From positions 6,828 through 70,827 of the forward strand of contig MU619375.1 of NCBI GenBank assembly GCA_025201805.1: a stretch of 64,000 nt of DNA. Reading direction: 5' to 3'. Shown in pieces: positions 24,903 through 38,007 of this stretch. The notes under the pieces were generated by a model. The model worked only from the letters and a program-made list of their open reading frames with translations, had not been told where the DNA came from and searched no databases. The DNA is from Parasitella parasitica NRRL 2501. Taxonomy: Eukaryota > Fungi > Mucoromycota. Each line of letters starts with the position of its first letter. Positions within the stretch are counted from its first letter, which is position 1. The position numbers were made by a program, and so were the translations under genes.

Positions 24903-27900
24903 ATGTCGAGCACAAGAAGAGTTTGCTGGACTCAACATGATTCTGATGTTGAACAGCAACAACAACAGCAGCAGGAGCAACGGGAGCAACGGGAGCAACA
25001 GGAGCAGCAGCATGCAGTAAACGCTCTTTATCCAAACAATACCTCTACTCCATGGCCATTCATTACCACCAACTTTACTGCTCCCATGTCACAAAACCCT
25101 TACCAAGATGATGATGATTACAGCGACGAAGACGATCAGAGCAACAGCGACGAAGACGACGAAACAGCATTCAACCAGCTGTATGCTCGTAATCAAGCAT
25201 TTACAAACGTAGCTCCAGAGATCACCCACGAAAGATTGGAATGGCAGCAGATGCTGCAGTCTGTCTTGCTGGGAGAAGTGATCAAATCTGAAAAAAAGCG
25301 GTTATCCAGCTCTGATAAATTCTCACAAGAGAAGCCCAACCAAGAAATCTGGCTCTCTCTGCGCGCTTTGCTTCGTGGAAGAACCATGCTACAGGAACAA
25401 AAATCACTCGACGAAAGCCGTAAAGAAATTGAGGGTGTTCTTCGAATGGTTATGGATTTCAAGATTGAGAAAGACGAGGGGGATACAGCGCTTCGAAAGG
25501 TTGCTGAAGTGTTGAAGAACATTGACCGCATTGAATCACTCTATACAACTCGTGCTGAATTGATCCTGGCCTATCCAGAGTATGGATCGATTGAATTTCA
25601 AACAAGATTGGATGCCTTGAATTCATGGTGCACTGTTACCCGCAGTCTGACTATGCAATATCAAATCTTGAGAAACTGGACTGGCTCAGAAGATTTACAA
25701 ATTTCTCGAAAAAAATCGGATGAAAGCACGGAAGCCGCCATCACAGCTGACACAACAACAATAAACAATGCTGCTAAAAACAACAAAGAAGATCCCCGGA
25801 ATGATACCTCATTTGTGGAACGACTTTTGAAAGAATCAGCACTGCAAGATACCTTTGACAAACGGACCCTCTCCGCTCTCAATTCTCTTTTGATGAAATC
25901 CAAAGAAACCCTGATCTACAACTCTGCCCAATTCAAGGAGATGAATTTGCCATCTTTTATTTCACAATTGCGTCGATTAGCCTATTTTCCCATTTCACTG
26001 GTTGAAGAAGCATTGAAGCTTAGATTGGACAACAAAAGTCGAATGCAAGAGCCGCCAAAACAAATGGTCGATACCATGATGGAAGATTACCGTGGCCTGC
26101 TTTCGCTAGCTTGCAGAGTCAAAAGAGAATATCAAGAGTTAACCCACACAGCTCCAGGCTGGAAATTAGACGAAGACGAGCCTGTTGATCAAAACTACGA
26201 TAATGTGTTGATGGAATCCGTCCGCTTTTACTTTAAATTGATCAGTTGGAAGTTGAATCTCGAGAAGGAAAACAATTTGCGGGAGAAGGAAGTAATGGAA
26301 AAAGAGTGGGCTTTTTTGCAGGAAACTGTGTGTCAAGCTGTGGATAAAGCCGATTGGGAATGTGCAGAGCAGTTTTGGTAAAAAAAATCAAGTATTACAT
26401 GACTCTAACCACAACTAACTCGCGAGTGTAATAGTTCCCTGACAAATCGCTTATTAGCTGATGTGATGCACGATTATATATCCAAGCTCAAAATATCTCC
26501 AGAATCAGTAGATGGTGGCATTGAAGTCAAATACACAAAGCTATTACATACGATGCGCATGAGAGCGAGAAAGTTACTTCAGTTTGCAAGGTAAATTGGC
26601 CCTCCCCTCCCCCCTCCCCCCTCCCCCGATCTTGCAAAAAGTTGAGATGTAGCTAAACTAGTTTAACAGGTTTTTCATGAGCCAATTTGAAAATGCCGCA
26701 GAGTATGTCGTAGACACAGATAACATGGACAAGTTTATCACATGCCTCATCGAGTCAGGCCATTTTTTGGTTTACACGGGAGCATTTGAGGAGGACAGAA
26801 TATACATCATTGCATCACCTTCGCTTTACGGCAGAGAAGACGTTATCCAAACATTAATACGAGCATGCTTTGCTAACAATAAGCCGATTCAACCATCTAC
26901 TCCTCTTACACCCAGTGATCTGAATATCGACAACAGCGAATACGACGATTACATTCTGATTTTCTCGCCATGGCAAAACATCATGTGGACAGGTGAGGTC
27001 GTTGAGGTGCCTACGCCATTTATTCATTTGGGGATCAAGACGAGAAGAGTCAGGCTGACAACGGGAGATGCACTCAAGCTTGCTTCCGCGAAAGCTGCGT
27101 TCTGGACAGCCGTACAGCACTCTGGCATTGAAATAATCCAAGAGCACCGTGCTCATATTCCCAGAATCAATAAAGAGTTGTACAAGATCAAGATGACAGT
27201 TTTCAAATTGGCCGACTCAACCATCTCCAGTGTAAGCACCATTCGTGACCAGACCATCGGCTTAGGCTGCCAGGAACTTGTGGAAGAGTGTTTTAGTTTT
27301 GCTAGTGATTTCGGTATTCGTGCTTCCAAGTTTTTAGAACTGGCTGTTCGACTTCAACTTGACCTCAAACTGGTTCGACTCGCCATTGATTGGATTTGCT
27401 TTATCACAGACGACTGTATACCCTCTGATAGAAAGACGTTTCGCTGGGCTGTTGCTGCTTTGGAGTTTGTGCATTTAATGACTCGAGGTGTCAATATTTT
27501 GGCGTTGAATGAAAGTGAATTTGCTACACTACAAAGCAAAGTAGCTCGTTGCGTTGCTCTGCTAATATCCCACTTTGATGTGCTGGGTACAAGATACACT
27601 TACGAGTTGCAGCTTAAGGAAGATCAGCAACGTCGTCGTGGCCTAACTGCGAAACGCAATTCGTACATGACTTCCAAGAGTGCGGACAAGGACATTATCA
27701 CAACTAGCTCAACATTTGGCGCTGCTAATGATGCAGCCAGCGCAGGCGGTGGAGGTGGTGCTATATATATTCGCGACGCATGGATGCGTAAAATCTCTGA
27801 AATTGAGTCGAAACGTACCGAAGATGAGCAAGAGCGCAAGATTATTGGTAAAATCTTGGACGACCAAAAGCCAGAAGATCAATCGCTCATGTTTCTGGCG

Positions 27901-29281
27901 CCATCTTCGTCAAACATCTCCTTCAGTTGGCAGCAAGGTCGGTTCATCGGTGCTGGTACCTTTGGTTCGGTTTACTTGGCGATTAATCTGGATACGTCAA
28001 CTGTCATGGCTGTCAAAGAAATCCGATTTCCCGATTCCAGCTCTCTTTCTGCATTGCACAAGTCTATCAAAGAAGAAATGTCCGTCATGGAGATGCTTCA
28101 GCATAGAAATATCGTGCAATATTATGGCATGGTAAGGGGATATACAGAAGCTTGGGTTTGATATTAATTTCGATCTAGGAAGTGCATCGTGATCGTGTCT
28201 ACATCTTTATGGAGTACTGTGAAAATGGTAGTTTGGGCGCTCTTTTGGATCATGGCGGACGCATTGAGGACGAAGTCTACATTGTTGACTATGCTTATCA
28301 GCTACTGAGTGGTTTGGCTTACTTGCATGGAAATAATGTTGTGCATCGTGATATTAAACCTGACAGTAAGGATTATTTGTCTGGTATAACAGTAGGGCTG
28401 TAACTAAATTTCTCCTTTTCAATACAGATATTTTAATTGATTATCAGGGGCAACTGAAATTGACTGATTTCGGCGCATCGAAGATTTTGGTCAAGGGACA
28501 AAAAACGATGGGACGTGCAACCATGAACATGCATGTGGGTAGTTTGGCAGGCACCCCGATGTACATGGTAAGTAATTTGTGGTTTAATTTGGTAACTGTA
28601 ATGTTAAATCATTATCAAAAATAGGCCCCTGAAGTGATTACAGGCAGCGATAATGGTCGTAAAGGTTCTATGGACATTTGGTCTTTAGGTTGCTGTATTG
28701 TCCAGATGGCTACGGGTCGTCGTCCATGGAGTACATTAGAAAACGAGTGGTCTGTCATGTATCATGTCGTCACGGGCCATCCTCCGCTCCCAGATGCCTC
28801 ACAATTATCTAGCCCTGGTATTGATTTTCTAAAGAAATGCTTTGTGCGTGATCCCAACAAAAGACCTTCTGCTGAGGAACTACTGAATCATCCATGGATT
28901 ACAAGCTATCTTGAAAGCTACAGCGAAGAGGCTCAATTGCCTTTATCACAAGAAGGAGACAATGGCGATGTTTTAGCAGCAGGCCACCATTGGGGTGATG
29001 AGGGTCAAAACCGTTCAGTGAATGGTGATGAAATGCCACCGATAATAAGATCCATAGGCTCTACTCATTCTATAGAGCGACCGCTTGTAAGAAGTATTCC
29101 CAACAGCTTAGCTATAGATGGTATGGTTCGAAGCATTCCAAACAGTTTAGCCATTGATGGCATGGCAGCTAGCTTGGAAAATGGAGCTCAAGCCCAAGCC
29201 TATTTCCAAAACATTGCGGCACAACATGCTAAGGATTCTCAATGGGATCTCAGCTCGTCTGCCAACAATAATAATTCATAG
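24903..29281 (+). CDS. SSK2: Ssk2/Wis4/MEKK4-type MAP kinase kinase kinase (HOG pathway)
   Basis: RLEWQQMLQSVLLGEVIKSEK, DRKTFRWAVAALEF, WQQGRFIGAGTFGSVY, HRDIKPD, DFG, GTPMYMAPE. Confidence 0.93.
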
Positions 29282-29537
29282 TATAAAACATCCCTTCTTT
29301 TTTTATTATTATTATTACTAGTGCAAAAACATATCCCCTCCTTTCATCATTTTACATATATATTACATACAATAAATCATGAAACACCTTTGTTTTTTTT
29401 TCATTCCCTATATGTGTTGTTTACTTCAATTTGATCAGTACGAAGCTGATATTCAACAAATTGAAACTTGAATTTTTTGCAGCGCCAAAAGCACCATTGC
29501 GTATTCATTGCGTAAAGCCATCCCACAGCGAGTAGAA

Positions 29538-29900
29538 AATTTGGGTGCGATATGAAATGGATTCACGTAAGGTATAGCAAATTAATGTGATTTGTTACTC
29601 AAATACACACAAAATCACAGCTTTTTTCTAATTACTCTGGGTAGAAACATCATATTTACACGAAACTGTACAGAGGAGTAGAGGTAATGTATGTGAGTAC
29701 TGCATAGAATTTTGGTGGTATATGGACTTGATTTACATAAGGTATGGCAATTAATGTACTTTTCAACACCCAAAATGGCCGCTTTTTGCTGCTTACTCTG
29801 GATAAAAACATCACACTTGCACAGATGAGTAGAGGAGTGGAGTTAATGCGAGCAAGCACAGCAAATAATTTTGGTGAGATATGAACTTGACTCAGGTATG
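29538..29900. repeat. Degenerate tandem repeat, unit about 160-170 nt, about 2.2 copies
   Basis: Units start near 29538, 29708 and 29867 and share AATTTTGGTG..ATATG..AGGTAT..CAATTAATGT..TTACTCTGG..AAACATCA..AGAGGAGT. Confidence 0.8.
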
Positions 29901-30520
29901 TTATATATGATAATATATTATTTGGCATTTTAGAAAAGAAGAATCACTATTATCCTGTGATTACTCTAGAGCATAACTTGGTTTCCACTGGGTGATGTCT
30001 CTCCAAAGTTATGTGGAAAAGCAGTTCCTCATTTGTGTATTGCTGAATATGAAGACATAAGGTATGAACCATTATTCTCGATCATCCTTAATCGGAAAAT
30101 CAGATATCAACCCAGTATAGACTCGCCTGGGGACTAAAATACTATCAGATCATGGAATTTATTTTAGCATGGATAGATAACCATTTAATGACAATGAAAG
30201 GTGTCATTCAATTGCAGTTATTATGAACAAAAACAGTTTTGATTTTCATAATTGCTTTTGCTGGAGACGACTTTATCTGAGCAGGACAATGTGTCCAGGA
30301 GAAAGATGCAATTGCGGCAATGTCAGGAATGGGCAGTGGATATTATGCTTGGCTCCTGTTGAAAGTCTGCTTAGATGCAGGCATATACTACAGCGCAGAC
30401 TTTGAATTTTCTTCCGTCTTTATCCAAGTCTTCTTAACAATGCTAAGCTGTATACGGTATTTACAATTTGGATATATATAAATAAATAGAAATAACAACC
30501 ATGTTTATATTATATTATTG

Positions 30521-32322
30521 TCATCTAGAGATTAAAAATAAGTTTTCGTAAAAAGTCAATCCAGTAGGGCCATCATCACGACAAATAAGTCCCATTTTCT
30601 CTGCTACGTTTAACTGCTCAATAGCAACAGCAAGTGCCAAGTTTTCAATTTCTGCCAATTGAAGTGCTGTTAAGCCTCCTTCCTGTTCCTTGACATGTCT
30701 CAGTACTCGAGAAGCAGCTCTACTATCATCCATATGAATTGATTGAATTACTAGCAATCCGCTGGGAAACCTTCTAAGGTTAAAGGGTAGCTTGAGCTGC
30801 TCAAATTGCTGGCTTGCTTTGTATAAATCTTCAGGGGAAATCAGAGCTAGATGAAGTTTGAAAAAAACAAAAAAATTCGAGGATGTCTTTCACACAAATA
30901 AAAGTAGCCTACCTGTGCCTCTTGCTCGATTAAACAGGCAATATACATCTGTTAAAGACTTCATGTCGTCTTCCTTTTGAAAAAACTTTGCAAGAAAGTC
31001 TGCTAATTCTCGAGACAATTCTTGATGGTATATAGAGCCAGCCGAATCTCTTGGTCAATACAAATTGTGTTAACAAAGAAAAAGATTTTTAAGCAAGTTT
31101 CGAGCTTACTTTGTTACAGGAGACGCGATACCAAGGTTCAACAAATGCGTACGAAGTGCTGATAATTCGTTGTCCCCGTTAGTAGGATCTTTGCTGACTT
31201 TGCTGGATATGGACTCTGCCAGCTTCACCATCTCTGTAGCCTTCGTCATTAGCCTATCTAAGTCTTGGAAAGCATCTATCATTGTCTCATTCGTCTCTAA
31301 TGTTGTTTTTTGAATACGGTCTTCAATAGCACCTAAAATTTGTATCTAATTTTAGAAATCAGATTATAACATCAACACAAATAGGCTTACTTATACCAAC
31401 ACCACGTTTTGTAGATGTTGCAGGCTCTGTAGTTGGAGTGGATATCTAAGAAGCGCATTTCATCAATATAGGATATCTAAATATCAATTCCTATGTCTTT
31501 ACTTTTTCCCATTGCTTTGTAGTCAAGGCCGCTCTCAAGTTGCTCAAAAAACTTGACTGTCCGCCCTTTCGAAATGACAAACGTACTTGTTTTGAGGCAG
31601 ATGATGCTGAATTGTTGTTTGTAGAGCTGGAAGAGCTTGAGCTGGTAGTGGTTGCAGGAATAATTTCTCGAGGTAGATCAGCTCCGCACATTTCGCATTG
31701 ATTCAAACTTGGATGATTAATAAATGTACAGACAGAACATGCACTACTGTCAGTTACAGTATTCGTATTCGGCGTATTCATATTAGGAGATGAGATGTCC
31801 GTTTGCTTGCGAACTCCACATAATTCACACGTCTCTGACGAAGCTTTATTCGAGAAAAAACAGATTGGACAAGCCCAGACGCTAGTATTCAAGTTATTAC
31901 TCAGGCTTGTTGAAGATCCTATTCGAAGTGGTGATTCTGCTGTTGCTGCTGCATGATCGACATTGATAAGGATCTTTGGTGAGGATCTTAGAAACCCACT
32001 CTACAAAATGAAACAATTAATGATGGCCACAAGTAGTCCTGACGGACGTAGCTTACATAGCTCTCGACATCTTTAACAAGATCCAAGCCTAACTCGACCG
32101 AGAATTCTAAAGGATTTTTATTGTCGACATATATTATGCGATGAGATGTTAAATAGCACACGCCATCTGGATATTGGTCTAGCTTATGCTTGCTGGTTTT
32201 TTTTTTTTTTTTTTTTACCCTTCGTAAAGTCCAATATTGCCTTGTTGAATAAGCAGTGATTCATTAGATACTAATTCAGGTCTTTTGGCAGAAGATAATA
32301 TCGTGCTCTTGAAATATTCCAT
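30521..32322 (-). CDS. VPS36: ESCRT-II subunit Vps36 (split GLUE domain with two NZF zinc fingers, winged helices)
   Basis: [31 protein letters not shown] and [37 protein letters not shown]...FYEN. Confidence 0.93.
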
Positions 32323-33540
32323 TTAATAGAGAAAGAAGTCTATGTTTCACACAAATAATCTTTATCTAAGCGCGCTACTCGTAAAAAAAGAGCTCCTGCT
32401 TCATATTGTTTGCTTTCGACTGCTTCAATTCCCGCCATAAATATTCACTCATCAACGGAACCACATGGGGCACCCTTCTTTTGATGATTATCCAAGTACA
32501 CAACGAGAATAAAGGGCAGCGGGATTATGCCAAAACTAGCTGGAATTGCTTTTGTCAAAGTCTTGCTTCCCTTTATCTGTCTACCATTTTCCATTTGATT
32601 TTGTTAATCTCGAATAGATAAAATCGAAGAAATAATTGTTGAGTCTAGTAGAGTGTTAAACAATGACATGCGAAATATTAAAAATAGACGGAAGAGAAAC
32701 GCAAATACCAATACAATCGACATTGATTGCTATGCCGTTACAGTATACTTCCGTTCCCAGTTCCGAAAATGTAAAACATGAATAAAGTTTTACCGTGTGA
32801 TGGCACTTGTGCGTTAGAGTCAACATCCCACATATTATCAGTTACGCTTCTATGCGTAATTGTACCTGCTGAATGTAGACTTAAAAAATCCTTCTGTCCT
32901 GCGATATTGAATTTCAGGCATTTTCAACATGCTATCCAAGCCGAGAACATGATGAGAGTACTAGAATTTTACAAAATGGAGTGCACCTCTCATACTCAGC
33001 TTTTTGGCTGGTACAAATAATGGGGAGGCTATTGAAGGCGAAAACATAGCAGATTGACAGTGAACACCTCAGTAAACTTAGAGGACCCATTTATGAACGT
33101 TGATATCTAGCTTCGAATGAAAAGGAAGAGACTATAAACTTGTTCTTTCTCAAAAGGTTCTCAACTGAACGGTTTCAAAGATCATTGAGTATTTATAAAA
33201 TTCTTATCTAGTATTCCATAATGTCTTTTCTAAATGCTAAAATAAAGAGAGTTATAACTGCTTTGGCCAAAATCTGGTAAATATTTTCGAAAGACTGGGC
33301 AACTTTGGTTCAAAACTTTGACCAAACTAGTCTCCTTTTTTGGGCAATTTTACCTCACTAGACATTGTGATGTTTTCAAACATTCGATAGATTGAGGCTG
33401 GAAGCACAGTACCTTGCTTCTCAGGTTATTAAATTACATAAAATAAGGTTGCCCTGGAAAGCAATATTTTACTGATGATTCTAGTTGATGATATGAATAG
33501 ATTTAATAAAATTACATGTATTTATAAAGGGGCCAAAATG

Positions 33541-33587
33541 ACAATCAAAATAAACAATCTATAAAAGACTTAAAATCGAACAACAAT
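33541..33587 (+). promoter_or_regulatory. Cluster of three (A)ACAAT HMG-box binding-like motifs upstream of the HMG gene
   Basis: ACAAT 33541, AACAAT 33553, AACAAT 33582; the AT-rich background weakens significance. Confidence 0.3.
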
Positions 33588-33732
33588 GAATTGAACGTGT
33601 TTTCGGATGTTGATATAAAACCAAAGCATTTTACCTGGTTTATCGGTTTTCATTCTCTCTCTAGATATAATATTCCTCCATTACACTCGTTTCCGTTCAT
33701 TACACTCATTTTTATTATTTATTCATAATCCA

Positions 33733-34716
33733 ATGCCCAAGGTTGAAGCTAGCAAGAAAACATTTAGCGATAAAAAATCGAAAATCCCTCGTCCATTGAA
33801 CAGTTTCATGATCTTCCGAATGGAGCACCAAGCTAATGTGGGCATGGAATATCCAGGTGCTACCCATCAAGAAATTTCAAAAAAGCTTTCAAAAAAATGG
33901 AAAGAACTCGATCCCGAAGAAAAGAAGATGTATACAGATAAAGCTACCGCTGCTAAAGAAGAACATAAATTATTGTAAGCGTATAAACCCTGCAACGAAA
34001 CCAACATGCATAAACTAATGTTGCTTAGATACCCTGATTACAAATACTGTCCTCGTAGGAGAGATGGTCCTCCTAAAGGAACCAAGAAACCATGCACAAC
34101 CAAATCCAGTGCGGAAAGAAACCAATATAAAGCAGCTTTTCAGTTTAAACAGCATTCGTTCGGTTTCGTGAATAAAGCAGAAACCATGATTGACACTGCC
34201 GCCACCCTCTTTCCATTGCCAGTTGCTAACGCCACTATCGACCAAAGGAACTACCAAAATGACCCAACTCTGTTTGGTGGCTCTTGTTTCGACTCCACGC
34301 TACTCCATCCAGCAATAAATGAGCCTTTCTGTCAAGACCCGTCGTCATCTCCCTCCACATTCTCGATGATGTCTCAACTCAGCCGATTCTCTCCCTCACT
34401 TTCAATCGAGAATGAGCCCTCTGTTCATCCTTATCACTGTGGACAATCATCCAATGACTATCTGCCCTCACTTTACGAATACGATTTCAATACTGGGTGT
34501 CAGCAAATCGAGCCAGCGATGAGTTTCGGAGGTTACAATGCACTCGATCCTGAATTTTATATACCCTCTCAAATCTCATACCGCCCCCCACCCAAGATTT
34601 TGAGCCATACCCAGCATGCCGAAGAGAGCATTAGCCAATTGAACGACTTTTCTTCATCGTTCAAAGCTCCCGGTGCTCCACTTTTGACTCAACCTTTTGT
34701 TTATATGGGTTTTTAA
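33733..34716 (+). CDS. MATA_HMG/SOX-class HMG-box transcription factor
   Basis: KIPRPLNSFMIFR...EISKKLSKKWKEL...EEHKLL/YPDYKYCPRRR; one intron at about 33975-34028; acidic Ser/Pro-rich tail. Confidence 0.92.
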
Positions 34717-34970
34717 GCTTGCCATAATATGACTAGAAAGCTCTACTCTCCTTTTTGCAATAAATAAAATGTCTTGTTTTTTTGTTTGACACAATTAAAC
34801 ACATGTGTGGTTCGATCTGCAATCAGATAAAATAGGATACGCTCATTGTGCGTTTGCAAGTCAGTGTTTCATGTTGAAAGTTCTCGCAACAGAGGAGCTG
34901 CATTTTTTTTTTCTTTTTTTTTTCTCTCTCTCTCTCACATTTCCACTAGAACCTTGTGCTAATTACAAAA

Positions 34971-36419
34971 ATGAAGGTAATTTATCTCCAAAAGCGCCTA
35001 TCATGGTTATGTATTGACAGACGAATGTATATACTACATGCTAGTTGATCAGCAAATCGTTAGAAAAAGATACCTCGGGTTTCATCACCCTGCTTCCCGA
35101 AGAGCTGGAAGATATGTGGCATGTTTATAACCTGATATCCAAAGACGACCTGCTCAAAGCAACCACTATCCGGTAAGCATATCATCTATCTATCAATTCA
35201 TGATTGTTTTAACAGCTGTTGCATAGCCGTTTGCAGTCAGAAAGCTCCACAGGCTCTGTTTCAAGCCAGCGAGTTCGTCTCAACCTGACAATCACTATAG
35301 AAAGCGTCGATTTTGATCCTGCTGTTGGCCTTCTACGCATTAACGGTAAAGTAGCTAGCGAGAATCAATACGTCAAGGTATGTTATTTGCAAGAGGGTTG
35401 CCATGCTCGATTAGTAATGATTTATGGTGTGTTAGATGGGTAGCTACCACACAATCGACCTAGAGTTGAATCGGAATTTCACCCTTTTCAAGCCTGAGTG
35501 GGACACAATTGCGCTTGAACGTGTTCAAGATGCTTGCGATATCACTAAACAGGCAGATGTGGCCGCAGTCGTCTGTCAAGAGGGTTTGGCCAATATTTGT
35601 TTCTTGACGCAACATATGACAATTGTTCGCCAACGCATTGAAAGTCCTATCCCGAGAAAGCGAAAGGGTTCCGTAACAAACCATGACAAAGGCCTTATTC
35701 GATTTTACGAGCAGATTTACCAAGGAATCCTTCGCCATGTCCACTTTGATATTGTAAAGGCTATCATCATTGCCAGTCCTGGTTTTGTTAAAGACCAATT
35801 GTATGCTTACATCATTGACCAAGCAGTGGTATGTTGTATAATATATGCGAACTTGCAACGTGCGTATACTGATCTCCAACGTGTGAACCCGCTGTATAGA
35901 AAACTGAAAACAAAGTCGTCATGGAAAACAAGTCGAAATTCGTACTGATACATTGCTCAAGTGGACATAAGCACGCATTGGTCGAAATCATGCAGGATCC
36001 CTCAGTGCAGGCCAAATTATCAGACACAAAGGCTGCTCGTGAAGTGCAGGCACTAGAAAAGTTCTATGAAATGATGAATATGGATCCTGATAGAGCATTC
36101 TATGGATATGGAGATGTCGCAAAGGCCAACAATAGAGGAGCAATTGGGACACTGTTAGTGACTGATGAGCTCTTTAGATCAGCGGATATCTCCACCCGCA
36201 AAAAGTATGTGTCGTTGGTGGAACAAGTGAGGGCACAGCATGGCAATGTATTTGTATTTTCTAGCATGCATCCTTCTGGAGAACGTAAGTGTAATACTAC
36301 TTTGTGTTGGCATTCGAGTTATTCATTGTTTTCCCCAACTAGAATTAAATCAATTAACTGGTGTAGCTGCTATTTTGAACTTTCCTCTTCCTGACATCGA
36401 AGACATGGAGGACGAATAA
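34971..36419 (+). CDS. DOM34: Pelota/Dom34 ribosome rescue factor
   Basis: EDMWHVYNLI, GSYHTIDLELNR, IPRKRK, IIASPGF, RAFYG, LLVTDELFRS, SSMHPSGE. Confidence 0.95.
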
Positions 36420-36605
36420 ATTAAAAAAAAAAAAAAAAAAAAAAAGAGACAGATACTGTATCTACCATAGACTTTTACATACACATAGACATAACAAAAC
36501 ATAAGTGAAATTACAATATATTTACAATGTTTTACTTCTATAATTTTTTTTAGGGGGGGGGTCTTTTTTTCCTATCTATGTTGATTTTTATGGTTTTTTT
36601 TTTCT

Positions 36606-38007
36606 TTACATATTCACGTCTTCGCCAAATAATGCAGCAGCAGCTTGGGCCACCACAGCCTGGGCAGCAGCTTGAGCAGCAGCATAATTCATGGCTAGAA
36701 TACCATCAATAGCTGCTAGTATGTCTGCCTCCCACCATCCCATTTCATAATCCACTAAACCAAACCGTTCCAGCTTATCCGCACAAGAAACAACCATTTC
36801 TCTCAAGCCGTATAAATGCTGATCTGTCAATCGTTCAGCGTCACTACTAGGCTCATGTCGTTGAGCAAGTGCGTACAACCAGCAATTGTTAAGTCCAGCC
36901 CAAAATTGTTCTCTATCAATGGCATTGTAAGGGTGATCATCCGATGTCAAACCTACAAAAAAAGAATTATAACAAGTTGATATGGATATTTCTACACGAA
37001 ATTCAGTTTTCTCAAGATTTACCTAATTGCTCGCAGTGATCTACCACAGCGCTTGTGGCCTTACTAAGCGTTTGAAATCCACTCACCATATTTCGTTGTT
37101 CCACATGGTCTAACGTATTCTTTAACTGCTTCTGAATTTCTTCAAATGTTGTGATGGGTGTAGGTGTGGGTGTGGGTGCGGGTGCTGTGAGTGATGCAAT
37201 TGTGGTTGTGGGCGCAGGTGGTGTAGCCACAGGAGGTGTAGAGGTAGTTGCTTGGGATGGCGGTGCCTGTGAGGGTTGTGTCGATGTCGGCGCTTCTGAC
37301 TGAGCTGTTGTAGTCTTTGTGGCAGTGATTGCTGTCCGTGTAGTAGATCCATTCCCAACTTCATTTTGTGCAGAAATTTCAGTTGACGCTTTTGCAGGTT
37401 GAACATTTGCTGTTTGCATTGAAGACCCTGCTTGCGTAGGAGTTGTTCCGATGCTTTGTATAGCAGTATTTTCCGCATTATTTAAGGCAACAGTATTTGA
37501 TGTTGATGAAGCCACATCTTTTGTGATTGAAGGACTAGTGTTTGGTGTTGAAGTTGCAGCTGATGTAGGCTCTGAGGCAGTATTAGGAGTAATTAATGAA
37601 GGGTGAGGTTCGGATTGTAAGGGGGATTGTTGAGATGGTGGAGATTGTTGCTGCTGTTGCTGTTGCAATGATGGTGCTTGTTGTTGTGGTTCAGCGGATA
37701 CATCCGATGACCGTAACGATGGCGACACTGATGGCTCAACCGGGGTATCATCCTTCAGTGCTTGGGCTTCAACGGCTTCCAATTTTACTGAGCGAGCATT
37801 TTTATCTTTAGACTCGTTACAGTTCGATGTTGCTTCGGCCATGGCATTGTCTTGCTTCATCTTCATTCTATTGGAGCAAGATAGATGTGGAGCCAGGGCC
37901 CCAATCTGACTTTCCTGCTTAACTAATTGAATGGGTACGGAATCTTGGGTGTCATTAGTTGCTTTTTCTACGGTTTTCGGTACAGGAAGAGTTGATTCTT
38001 CAGCCAT
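36606..38007 (-). CDS. Conserved fungal hypothetical protein: disordered N-terminus plus helical C-terminal domain
   Basis: Two exons; FWAGLNNCWL...LERFGLVDYEMGWWEADIL recalls a fungal family sometimes annotated RfeF-like (from memory, unverified). Confidence 0.75.

Noticed and set aside
30250-30410. In-frame TGA as a possible selenocysteine codon
   Set aside because: No selenoprotein motif or SECIS; surrounding frames are broken.
33733-34716. Calling the HMG gene sexM or sexP
   Set aside because: No tptA or rnhA flanks, and the family cannot be resolved without a phylogeny.
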